Source: Octopus sinensis
Taxonomy: Eukaryota
DNA: 64,000 bases
Reading direction: 5' to 3'
Assembly: GCF_006345805.1 (NCBI RefSeq)
Contig: NC_043020.1
Location: 9,548,001 to 9,612,000, forward strand
The notes under the pieces are model-generated. The model was not told the DNA's origin. It saw only the letters and a list, made by a program, of their open reading frames with translations, and did not search any database. This document shows positions 10,474 to 21,970 of the stretch, piece after piece. Positions within the stretch are counted from its first letter, which is position 1; each line of letters begins with the position of its first letter. Made by a program: the position numbers and the translations under genes.

Positions 10474-12374
10474 ATATGTGTGTGTGTGTGTTGTGTCTGT
10501 GTTTGTCCCCATCCCAACATCGCTTGGCAACCGATACTGGTGTGTTTACATCCATGTAACTTACGACGAGCTTCTTTCAGTTTCCGTCTACCAAATCCAC
10601 TCACAAGGCTTTGGTCAGCCCGAGGCTATAGTAGAAGACACTTGCCCAAGGTGCCACGTAATGGGACTGAACCCGGAACCATGTGGTTGGTAAGCAAGCT
10701 ACTTATGACACAGCCACTCCTGCACCTATATGTGTGGGTAAAATCAACATTTTCCCCCAAATTCAGCCCTGCGGCTTAAATACTGATGCATGTTATAGAC
10801 TGGAAAATACAGTATATGTAATGACCATTATTGTAACATATATATACATATATATTGACCCGGCAACGCCAGGTCATAATGCTAGTGCATGCATATACAG
10901 CTGCGTGCCTGCACACATACACGCGAATACTGTCCAAATCTCCAACCAATCACATACAGCTAGCTGGCATTCAATTGGCGTATCAAGTTTCGGGCATTTT
11001 GATTGGGTTTTGAATAGAAAATTCACAAAAAAGTCACTTCTATTGATTTTTTTTAATGGATTAGCGGGGTGACGGGGGAAATGTAAAGATGTGCATGACC
11101 ACCCTTGGACGGTTTTGAATGACCATAGATAGTGCAAGCCCTCTAACTGAAAAATTGTGAATTTGTATAAAGGACACACAGACAGACATTTTGCCGTTTA
11201 TATACTCTTTTACTCGTTTCAGTCATTTGACTGCGGCCATGCTGGAGCACCGCCCCCGAGACTTATTCTTTGTAAGCCTAGTACTTATTCTATCGGTCTC
11301 GGGGACGTAAACACACCAGCATTGGTTGTCAAGCAATGCTAGGGGGACAAACACAGACACACATATATATATACATATATACGACAGGCTTCTTTCAGTT
11401 TCCGTCTACCAAATCCACTCACAAGGCATTGGTCGGCCCGGGGCTATAGCAGAAGACACTTGCCCAAGATGCCACGCAGTGGGACTGAACCCGGAACCAT
11501 GTGGTTGGTTAGCAAGCTACTTACAACAAAGCCACTCCTGCGCCTATATATAAAGATATATAATAATAATAATGATAATTTAAGTAATCAGAAGATGGCA
11601 TTGGTATTAATCTTTATTTTGAAAAACAGTAATTTCGATCCATCCTGTTCCTTATGGGTAAGACTCCATTCAACATGTTGTGTTGCATCCATTTTGCAGT
11701 CTGGGTCTCATCAGGGACATCCATAAATAAACTTGTGTCTTGCTAAAGATCCTGAGTTTTGGTTGTCATGTTATATGTCGTCTGGTTAGGGAATGAAACA
11801 TTGCTACAATTTTCAATTGCTATTATCTTTAAGAATTGCAAGCATTTGTAAATATAGGCGCAGGAGTGGCTGTGTGGTAAGTAGCTTGCTAACCAACCAC
11901 ATGATTCCGGGTTCAGTCCCACTGCGTGGCATCTTGGGCAAGTGCCTTCTGCTATAGCCCCGGGCCGACCAATGCCTTGTGAGTGGATTTGGTAGACGGA
12001 AATTGAAAGAAGCCTGTCGTATATATGTATATATATATATAAGTGTGTGTGTCTGTGTTTGTCCCCCTAGCATTGCTTGACAACCGATGCTGGTGTGTTT
12101 ACGTTCCCGTCACTTAGCGGTTCGGCAAAAGAGACCGATAGGATAAGTACTGGGCTTACAAAGAATAAGTCCCGGGGTCGATTTGCTCGACTAAAGGCGG
12201 TGCTCCAGCATGGCCGCAGTCAAATGACTGAAACAAGTAAAAGATTATAGAAATTAAAACATTTCTAAATCTCTGAGAGAGATTTATGCAATGGCAGCAC
12301 GATAAAGTGATAGTAAGTTGTCAACTTAATGTGACAGTCCCATGAAAGGGAAGAATGCTACTGTTATTTAGCCC

Positions 12375-12421
12375 TAGGAAACACCGTTTCGTGTTGGACT
12401 TGACACATCTTCTGTGTCCTT
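12375..12421 (-). ncRNA. Degenerate second hammerhead motif in tandem with 12468-12510
   Basis: Minus strand: AGGACA-CAGAAGA-T-GTGT-CAAGTCCA-ACAC-GAA-ACGGT-G-TTTCCT. The core U4 and the cleavage site are mutated. Confidence 0.45.
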
Positions 12422-12467
12422 ATGTTTTCAAAGGGGAGATAAGCACCTCTACCCAGCAAAGCCAGAA

Positions 12468-12510
12468 TCCAGAGACTAGTTTCAGAGTCATTGCTCATCA
12501 TCAGTCTGGA
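12468..12510 (-). ncRNA. Minimal hammerhead ribozyme motif (one extra nt before GAAA)
   Basis: Minus strand: TCCAGA-CTGATGA-T-GAG-CAATGA-CTC-T-GAA-ACTAGT-C-TCTGGA. It has a perfect 6-bp stem I, palindromic stem III ACTAGT and a GUC site. Confidence 0.65.
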
Positions 12511-13110
12511 GTAGCATGGCTTTGTAAACATAGACAAATAACTCTTTTTGTTTGTTTCAGCCATTTGGCTGCAGCCATGCTGGAGCACTTCCTTTAGTCG
12601 AACAAATCGATCTCAGGATTCATTCTTTGTAAAGACTAGTACTTATTTTATCGGTCTCTTTTGCCGAACTGCTAGGTTACGGAGACGTAAACACACCAGC
12701 ATCAGTTGTCAAGCGATGGTAAGGGAACAAACACAGAAATTCAAACATACACAAACACATATATATATACGACAGGCTTCTTTCAGTTTCCGTTTACCAA
12801 ATCCGCTTACAAGGCTTTGGTAGGAGCGAGGTTATACTAGAAGACACTTGCCCAAGGTGCCACGTGGTGGGACTGAATCTGGAACCATGTGGTTCGTAAG
12901 CAAGCTACTTACCACACAGCCACTCCTGCACCTAGTTAGGTGCAATTTTGGAATGAAATTTGGTTCTTATTTCAGTGACTATACAGTTTCCACCCGTGAC
13001 ATAGTGTTGCTGTTTTGTTCTCAGGTTAGCCATGGCTGGAAGTCGTTTTCATTGATGCTATTAGTTTTATAAAAGATCAAACAAAAAGAAACATTATGGA
13101 CAAAAAAAAA

Positions 13111-13306
13111 GTGGCTGTGTGGTAAGTAGCTTGCTAACCAACCACATGGTTCCGGGTTCAGTCCCACTGCGTGGCATCTTGGGCAAGTGTCTTCTGCTAT
13201 AGCCCGAGGCTATAGCAGAAGTCACTTGCCCAAGGTGCCACGTGGTAGGACTGAATCTGGAACCATTTGGTTGGTAAGCAAGCTACTTATCACAAAGCCA
13301 CTCCTG
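13111..13306. repeat. Head-to-head SINE-A fold-back (~94-bp arms)
   Basis: A plus-strand head is joined to a minus-strand head through ctatagcc-cga-ggctatag. Confidence 0.85.
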
Positions 13307-14004
13307 CTGATAAAAAAAAATTTGTGGGGGAAGTGAATGGATGGTTGGGCAGGGATGTGTAGTGGTGTAGGTAGCTAAATATTTGCATGATCTCCCTTGC
13401 AAGAAATATACTGGAGTAATCACCCTTTGGTAAGTTTCTCGAAGCATATGATATTTTAATTATTCAAGCTTAGCATTTCTCTTGGAAGTTTCTAGAATGT
13501 CAAGTGTTCCATTAACAAAAACAGCTAGGCACAGGAGTGGCTTTGTGGTAAGTAGCTTGCTTACCAACCACATGGTTCCGGGTTCAGTCCCACTGCGTGG
13601 CACCTTGGGCAAGTGTCTACTGCTATAGCCCCGGGCCGACCAAAGCCTTGTGAGTGGATTCGGTAAACGGAAACTGAAAGAAGCCCGTCGTATACATCTA
13701 TATATATGTATGTGCGTGTATGTTTGTGTGTGTCTGTGTTTGTCCCTCTAGCATTGCTTGACAACCGATGCCGGTGTGTTTACGTCCCCGTTGCTTAGCG
13801 GTTCGGCAAAAGACACCGATAGAATAAGTACTGGGCTTACAAAAGAATAAATCCCGGGGTCGATTTGCTCGACTAAAGGCGGTGCTCCAGCATGGCCGCA
13901 GTTAAATGACTGAAACAAGTAAAAGAGTAAAAGAGAGAGTAACCCAGCTTTTCACTCCTTAGTCGATTAGACATAAGAGCCATCGACGTCATTGCTATAT
14001 GGTG

Positions 14005-14385
14005 GAAGCACTCCGTCGGTTACGACGATGAGGGTTCCGGTTGATCCGATCAACGGAACAGCCTGCTCGTGAAATTAAAGTGTAAGTGGCTGAGCACTCC
14101 ACAGACACGTGTACCCTTAACGTAGTTCTCGGGGATATTCAGCGTGACAGAGAGATTGACAAGGCCGGCCCTTTGAAATACAGGTACAACAGAAACAAGA
14201 AGTAAGAGTGAGAGAAAGTTGTGGTGAAAGGGTACAGCAGGGATCACCACCATCCCCTGCCGGAGCCTCGTGGAGCTTTAGGTGTTTTCGCTCAATAAAC
14301 ACTCACAACACCCAGTCTGGGAATCGAAACCGCCATCCTATGACTGCGAGTCCGCTGCCCTAACCACTGGGCCATTGCGCCTCCA
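14005..14385 (-). mobile_element. tRNA-derived SINE family C
   Basis: Head ggaggcgcaatggcccagtggttagggcagcggactcgcag...ggtttcgattccc has A/B boxes; the 3' end forms a strong hairpin. Other copies at 43935-44310- and 52701-53076+. Confidence 0.85.
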
Positions 14386-14418
14386 CGTACATATTCACAC
14401 AAGGGATGTTGGCCCACA

Positions 14419-14897
14419 TGGTTTGTCAATTACATTAACCTCAGTTCTTCGTCTGTGCTTTATGGTAAGAATACCTATTTCCTTATTACCCACAGGGGGC
14501 TAATCACAGAGGAGACAAACAAGGACAGACAAACGGATTAAGTTGATTATACCGACCCCAGTGCGTCACTGGTACTTATTTAATCGACCCCGAAAGGATG
14601 AAAGGCAAAGTCGACCTCGGTGGAATTTGAACTCAGAACGTAGCGGCAGATGAAAGAATACCAAAAGGATAAAAGGCAAAAGTGAGATCTGAAGGGTTTC
14701 AACTCAGAAGATAGGGAGCTGGAACAACAAATGCTGCATACAATTTTTTTTTTGGTCCAATGTTCTAAGAAATATTACAGGGAACTTCCATGAGAAAAAG
14801 AAAATAATTTAATCAACAAAAAAGTAATTAGTACACATGTAGCAATGAATTTACCACAACCCACATGTTCGTTACTTCTATGGAAGAACGCTTAACA
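14419..14897 (-). repeat. Third, more diverged copy of the ZNF 3' flank (duplicates 15582-16046)
   Basis: Direct repeat of 15582-16046 with about 7 substitutions and a retained 14-bp segment (aaggacagacaaac) that both arms lack. Confidence 0.9.
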
Positions 14898-14929
14898 CCA
14901 ACCACTCATCTATCCCTAGCTGCTACATT

Positions 14930-17900
14930 CACGGGTACACCATATGAAGTTTCTCCCAACATTTTTACCTACATGTGAAGCAAGGCCACCACCTAGAAAG
15001 GATTTGTCAGTTTTCCTACTTACTAAGACTTTGAACTTTGCTAAATCAACTCTAAGGCCCTTAGACCTTGTTTCCAAACCTGAAATTTCCTCTCTTGTTC
15101 CGGTAGGGATTCAGCTATAAGAACAAGGTCATTAGTGTAGAAGAGCTCTCAAGGGCCACCAGCCTTAAATTCCTATGTTATGGCCTGGAGGATATGATAA
15201 ACAAGAGGGGACTGAGAACTGATCCTTGGTGGACTCCAACCTGTATGCCACCCACCACCTTACTGACAGCATCCCTGTACATGGCTTATATAACTCTAAC
15301 CAACCACTCATCTATCCCTAGCTTCTACATTCACCACCAGATAAGGGAGCAGGGATTCTGTCAAAGGCTTAGAAATAAGAGGAAAATAAATTTGATCAAC
15401 AAAATTTAATAACATCAAAAAGATCCTTACTTACAGTGTTTTTACACATTACATAGAAATAAATTAATATTCATATTTTGAAGGTTGATATTTAGCCTAA
15501 AGGCTAAACTTATTGATAATGAATCAATATTAATAAACATCATTTCTAATTTAAGCACAAGACCAGCAACTTTCTGAGAAGTGGTTTGTCAATTACATTA
15601 ACCTCAGTTCTTCATCTGTGCTTTATTGTAAGAATACCTATTTCTTTATTACCCATAAGGGGCTAATCACAGAGGAGACAAACGGATTAAGTTGATTATA
15701 CCGACCCCAGTGCGTCACTGGTACTTATTTAATCGACCCCCGAAAGGATGAAAGGCAAAGTCGACCTCGGCGGAATTTGAACTCAGAACGTAGCGGCAGA
15801 TGAAAGAATAGCAAAAGGATAAAAGGCAAAAGTGAGATCTGAAGGGTTTCAACTCAGAAGATAGGGAGCTGGAACAACAAATGCTGCATACAATTTTTTT
15901 TTTGGTCCAATGTTCTAAGAAATATTACAGGGAACTTCCATGAGAAAAACAAAATAATTTAATCAACAAAAAAGTAATTAGTACACATGTAGCAATGAAT
16001 TTACCACAACCCACATGTTCGTTACTTCTATGGAAGAACGCTTAACAACCGAATCCGTCACTTGGTTTGGTTCCAGTAGGGATACATTTGTGGGTAGAAA
16101 ACATATTTATCCGAGAGACTGATTTACTGCAGATTCCACAGTGATATGGTCACTTTCCTGAATGAATTCGTTTATGATTAGTAAATTGACCACTTTGAGA
16201 GAAAGATTTACCACAAATATCACAGCGATACGGTTTCTCTCCTGTATGTACACGTTTGTGTCTATTAAAGGCATTTCTGTCAGAGAAGGATTTGTCACAA
16301 ATATCACAGCGATATGGCTTCTCCCCTGTATGAATACGCTCATGAACAATTAAGCTATTTCTACAAGCAAATGACTTACTACAAATATCACAGTGATACG
16401 GTTTCTCTCCTGTATGAATATGTTTGTGCGTACTTAAGGCATTTCCTTGAGAGAATGACTTACCACAGACATCGCAGAGAAATGGCTTCTCTCCTGTGTG
16501 AGTCCGTTTGTGATGAATTAAATTACTACACACAGAGAATGATTTATCACAGATGTCACAGTGATATGGTTTCTCTCCAGTATGAACACGTTTGTGAGCA
16601 ATTAAGATACTACATTGAGAGAATGATTTACCACAGATATCACATCGATAGAGTTTTTCTCCAGTATGGACATATTTATGTATAGCTAAAGAACTTCCAC
16701 TAGCAAGAAATTTACCACAGATTTCACAGCACTGTGTTTTTTCGCCTGTATGAAGATATTTGTGTCTAGTTAAGCTATTTACTTGAGAAAATGTGTTACC
16801 ACAGATATCACATTGATATGGTTTCTCTCCAGTATGAACACGTTTGTGAGTAGTTAAGATACTACATTGAGAAAATGATTTACCACAGATATCACAGAAA
16901 TGTGCTCTTTCTCCTGTATGAATATATTTGTGTCTAGTTAAGTTAGCTTTTCCAGATAATGATTTACCACAGATATCAGAGTGATAGGGCTTCTCTTGTG
17001 TATGAATGCGTTTGTGATCAGTTAAGTTACTAGATACAGTGAAAGATTTGCCACAAATATCACAGCAATAAGGTTTCTCTCCTGTATGAATACGTCTGTG
17101 AGTAGTTACATGGCTCATTACCGTGAACGATTTACCACAGATATCACACTGATAAGGCTTCTCTCCTGTATGAATACGTTTGTGAACAGATACAGCATCT
17201 GTTCGAGAGAATGCTTTACCACAGATATCACATTGATATGGCTTCTCTCCTGTATGAATACGTTTGTGAACAGATACGTCATCTGTTCGAGAGAATGATT
17301 TACCACAGATATCACACTGATAAGGCTTCTCTCCTGTATGAATACGTTTGTGAACAGATACAGCATCTGTTCGAGAGAATGCTTTACCACAGATATCACA
17401 TTGATATGGCTTCTCTCCTGTATGAATACGTTTGTGAACAGATACGTCATCTCTTCGAGAGAATGATTTACCACAGATATCACAGTGATATGGCTTCTCT
17501 CCTGTGTGAATACGTCTGTGCTTAGTTAAGTCACTTGTTTGAAAGAATAATTTACCACAGATATCACAGTGATATGGCTTTTTTCCTGTATGAAGGCGTT
17601 TGTGAGTAGTTAAGTTACTTTTTGTGGTGAAAAATTTACCACAGATGTCACATTCAAATGACTTTTCTCTTGTATGAATACATTTATGAGTAACAAGGCT
17701 ACTTTCCTCAGAGAATGACTTCTTGCAGGTATCACAGTGGTAGGATTGCTTTCCCATCTTAGGCAATTCTTCAGGGAAAAACAAAACACTCATTTTTAAA
17801 TTTCTCACACAAAAAACTCTTCTGTATATATTTTTTTTCACAATAATATATGGATATTTTTCCCCTTTTCTTTTTATTTATTCCTATGTTGATCAAAACA

Positions 17901-18294
17901 TTTCAACAGTAATATTTCCATCAACTTTTATATCATTATCAGAAAAGGATTGCGAACCCCCTTTGGAAATGTCTCAACAGTTAATTGGTATACAAAATCG
18001 TCTTGTACATATTCCAGGCAATGAAGGAGAGAAATGTTTCACTCAGAAGAACTACTTCTTAGTTCTTAGGTAGAATATTTTCCTGTACACTTTAAAATGT
18101 GATAAATATCTGTGATGTATCTGATGCAAAAATATTCTTTAATGCCAATGCCATCTTGGAATCTGAAATGAGAGAGAAATTGTGTAAGATATCAAAGATA
18201 ATTGAAAAGATATCCAACAGAGAAATTTTACAATGGTTCTTACATTATACGCTAATAAACTTTTACCTCAACAAATAAAGTTTACATTTTAATT
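14930..18294 (-). repeat. Right arm of inverted segmental duplication (partner 2413-5763)
   Basis: Reverse complement of the left arm, including the RT fragment, SINE-D, ZNF CDS and upstream acceptor (AG at 18163-18164). Confidence 0.95.
16150..17841 (-). CDS. Tandem C2H2 zinc-finger protein, 19 finger units (finger 10 has C->S); likely ATG at 17793 or 17757
   Basis: 563-aa ORF, paralog of 2864-4546. Finger 1 and fingers 13-19 are identical; the middle fingers differ. Confidence 0.93.
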   Translation of the reverse strand: MKKNIYRRVFCVRNLKMSVLFFPEELPKMGKQSYHCDTCKKSFSEESSLVTHKCIHTREKSFECDICGKFFTTKSNLTTHKRLHTGKKPYHCDICGKLFFQTSDLTKHRRIHTGEKPYHCDICGKSFSRRDDVSVHKRIHTGEKPYQCDICGKAFSRTDAVSVHKRIHTGEKPYQCDICGKSFSRTDDVSVHKRIHTGEKPYQCDICGKAFSRTDAVSVHKRIHTGEKPYQCDICGKSFTVMSHVTTHRRIHTGEKPYCCDICGKSFTVSSNLTDHKRIHTQEKPYHSDICGKSLSGKANLTRHKYIHTGERAHFCDICGKSFSQCSILTTHKRVHTGEKPYQCDICGNTFSQVNSLTRHKYLHTGEKTQCCEICGKFLASGSSLAIHKYVHTGEKLYRCDICGKSFSQCSILIAHKRVHTGEKPYHCDICDKSFSVCSNLIHHKRTHTGEKPFLCDVCGKSFSQGNALSTHKHIHTGEKPYHCDICSKSFACRNSLIVHERIHTGEKPYRCDICDKSFSDRNAFNRHKRVHTGEKPYRCDICGKSFSQSGQFTNHKRIHSGK

Positions 18295-18379
18295 AGTCAC
18301 TAAAATTACACCATATAAAATTTACATATTTACACACTACAGATACGTCTTCAGATTGTGTAACATCACTTATATTACA

Positions 18380-19692
18380 ACTAGCAGTATCGCCCGGCGT
18401 TGCTCGGGTTTGTAAGGGAAATAACTATATAAGCATTTTTAGAGAGTTATAGCAAAAAAATGCATTAAAAATGGAATAAAAAATGATGGTAATTTTTTTT
18501 TTAAATATTTGACTCATCGTAGACATTTTTAGAGAGTTACTTCCCTTATACAATAGCGAAAAAATGCATTAAAATGGAGAAAATGATGGTAAATTTTTTT
18601 TTTAAATCGTAGACTCATCGTAGATGCGCGCTAATACCCAGAAGGGCTCGATATGAATCACGACTATAAGATACCCGGTTTTGGTTAAACTGCACCTCAA
18701 AATGTGGGAGTAGTTAGGAATCTAAATCGTAGGAGACAGACACACAACCTTACTTTTACATATAAAGATTTGCGCAACAACTAAAACATTCGGTTGTGCA
18801 AATAGTTTGCACAGGAAACCTGCCCTGTGTGGCGGTTTTTGCCGTTTTTGTGGATCTGTTTCAGCTTTTTTAGCCATTTCTGTTTAGGCGACTTCAAGCC
18901 ATGAAGTCGTTGTTCTAAAAGAACGCTGGTCTCCTTGACAACGCATTACGACGTTGATTTCCCTACCCTGCCTTCCCCACAGCTTCACGAGGGAGGGAAG
19001 AAGGGGAGGAGCTACACAGGTGCAGCTGTGAGCATGGACGCCAACTCCGCCGCCATCGACACACGAAAAAATTGGAAGAACCCCCAAAAATATGCTTTAA
19101 AATGGAAAAAAATTATGGTAAATTATTTTAAAAATCGTAGACTCATCGTAGACGCGCGCTAATACCCAGAAGGGCTCGATATAAATCACGACTCTAAGAT
19201 ACCCGGTTTTGGTTAAACTGCACCGCAAAATGTGGGAGTAGTTAGGAATCTAAATCGTAGGAGACAGACACACAATTTCTCTTTTATAATAAGACTAGCA
19301 GTATCGCCCGGCATTGCTCGGGTTTGTAAAGGAAATAACTATATAAGCATTTTTAGAGAGTTATAGCCAAAAAATAGCAAAAAAATGCATTAAAAATGGA
19401 AAAAAAATTATGGTAATTTTTTTTTTAATCGTTGACTCATCGTAGACATTTTTAGAGAGTTACTTCCCTTATATAATAGCGAAAAAATGCATTAAAATGG
19501 AAAAAAATGATGGTAAATTATTTTTTAAATCGTAGACTCATCGTAGACGCGCACTAATACCCAGAAGGGCTGGATATGAATCACGACTATAAGATACCCG
19601 GTTTTGGTTACACTGCACCGCAAAATGTGGGAGTAGTTAAGAATCTAAATCGTAGGAGACAGACACACAACCTTGCTTTTATATATAAAGAA
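18380..19692 (+). mobile_element. Tandem Helentron/HINE(DINE-1)-like non-autonomous elements (three partial units) with GC-rich internal segment
   Basis: Units begin actagcagtatcgcccggcgttgctcggg (short hairpin) and end ttttatatataaaga. A further copy lies at 49983-50495. No transposase was seen. Confidence 0.6.
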
Positions 19693-19829
19693 GATTTCAT
19701 TTAAAATTAACCATTTTATTATAAGTCAGAAATAGGAGCACACTTGTATCGAGGTGCCCTTTTATAAATCTATATAAAAGTCAAATAATTATATGAAATA
19801 ACGAAGTATTTTTGGTTTGTTCGCCTTAC

Positions 19830-19950
19830 CTACATGCGAGGGAGTAGCTTCTTTGTCTTGCTGTCACAGTTTATTGCTGTAGCGTTAGCAACGGGAACGG
19901 AATTTGGGGAGAAGGTATTCGCAGTAAATGAGGACCGTAGAGTGTTAGCT
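19830..19950 (-). other. Candidate non-coding first exon of the minus-strand ZNF gene
   Basis: Locally GC-richer non-repeat sequence ending in a consensus donor AG|GTAAG (intron would start at 19829). It would splice to the acceptor at 18163-18164. The 5' limit is a guess. Confidence 0.3.
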
Positions 19951-21600
19951 GTAAACATTGTAAAAAAAAAAAGTGTTTTATCATATATGATAATAAAAAC
20001 ATTTTCATTAAATTATAGGGATCTTTTCGGTTTGAACGGCAGATTTTTTAAAAATAATTTCTATGTGGCATCTTGGGCAAGTGTCTTCTGCTATAGCCCC
20101 GGGCCGACAAATGCCTTGTGAGTGGACTTGGTAGACGGAAACTGAAAGAAGCCTGTCGTATATATGTTTATATATATAAGTGTGTGTGTGTGTATGTGTG
20201 TGTGTGTCTGTGTTTGTCCCCCTAGCATTGCTTGACAACCGATGCTGGTGTGTTTACGTCCCCGTCACCTAGCGGTTCGGCAAAAAGAGACCGATAGAAT
20301 AAGTACTGGGCTTACAAAGAATAAGTCCCGGGGTCGATTTGCTCGACAAAAGGCGGTGCTCCAGCATGGCCGTAGTCAGATGACTGAAACAAGTAAAAGA
20401 TTAAAAGAAAGATATGTAACTGAACACTTTTAAACTTCGTATACTGGTAGTGTGTGTTTATAAAACATCTTTTTCTCTTGGCTTTCTTGAGAAAATTCTG
20501 TAGTTTGTAACATATTTGTTGTTTAATTTCTTGCATTTCGGCAATTTCAACCAATCAATGACGTCTATTGAGATGAAAACGATTTCTGTCGTAACATTTT
20601 GTGGCGGCGTCATATGAAAATGTCCCTGTTACATATTATGTATTCGTTTAAGAAACAGATTGGGTTTATTTACATTTCTGAAGAAAAAAAATACCCTTCC
20701 CGCCACCCCTAACCCTAAAAAAAGCACCATCCGTTCGTGGCCATTGCCAGCCTCGCCTGGCCCCCGTGCCGGTGGCACGTAAAAACACCATCCATTCGTG
20801 TCCGTTGCCAGCCTCGCCTGGCCTCCGTGCCGGTGGCACGTAAAAGCACCATCCATTCGTGGCCGTTTGCCAGCCTTGACTGGCCCCCGTGCCAGTGGCA
20901 CGTAAAAAGCACCATATGCTCGAGTCCGTTGCCAGCCTCGCCTGGCCCCCGTGCGGTGGCACGTAAAAAGCACCATCCGTTCGTGGCCGTTTGCCAGCTC
21001 CGTCTGGCACCTGTGCGGGTGGCACGTAAAAAGCACCCACTACACTCACGGAGTGGTTGGCGTTAGGAAGAGCATCCAGCCGTAGAGACACTGCCAGATC
21101 AGACTGGAGCCTGGTGCAGCCTTTCTGGCTTCACAGACCCCAGTTGAACCGTCCAACCCATGCCAGCATGGAAAGCGGACGCTAAACGAAGATGATGATG
21201 ATGATGATGATGATGATGAGGAGGAGGAGGGGGAGGAGGAAGGCTGATAATGATGATGGTGACAACGATGGTGTTGGTGACAATGATGATGATGATGATG
21301 GCATTGATTTATAAACACACACACACACACACTTGTATACACATGTGGTTTTAATCACTATTGACTGTATCTCTGGTAATACCATCGTGTATAGATATCA
21401 TACACACATGATTCTATAATTCAATCACTACTGTGTATATCACTGTCTGATGACACCAATGACTACACATATCATACACACATGCTTCCATCACCAAGTT
21501 TGTGTCTCTCTCTGATGACACCAATGTCTACAGATGTAATACACACATGATCTTTATTACTACTATTGCTTATACCTCTGTCAGTATACCTCTTACTCTT

Positions 21601-21634
<34 letters not shown>

Positions 21635-21934
21635 CCTACCTCCCTCTGTGTGTGTGTGTGTCTGTGTGTCTGTGTGTCTGTGTAGCTGTGTATGTATGTA
21701 TGTATGTCAATGTTCTATTTAATTGAACAAATGAACAATAATGAAAAAATAATGAAAAAAAATAATAAAAGTAAAAGAAAAGGAAAGAAAGGAACAAACA
21801 AATAAACAAACAAAAGGTAAAAAAGCAAAATGAAGAAAGAAAGAAATAGGAAAGAAAGAAAGAATATTTTTTAAAGATGATTGGGAATGGAGGAGAGAAA
21901 ATCTTAACAACATTTGTAAAAAAAGTTTTAAAAT

Positions 21935-21970
<36 letters not shown>

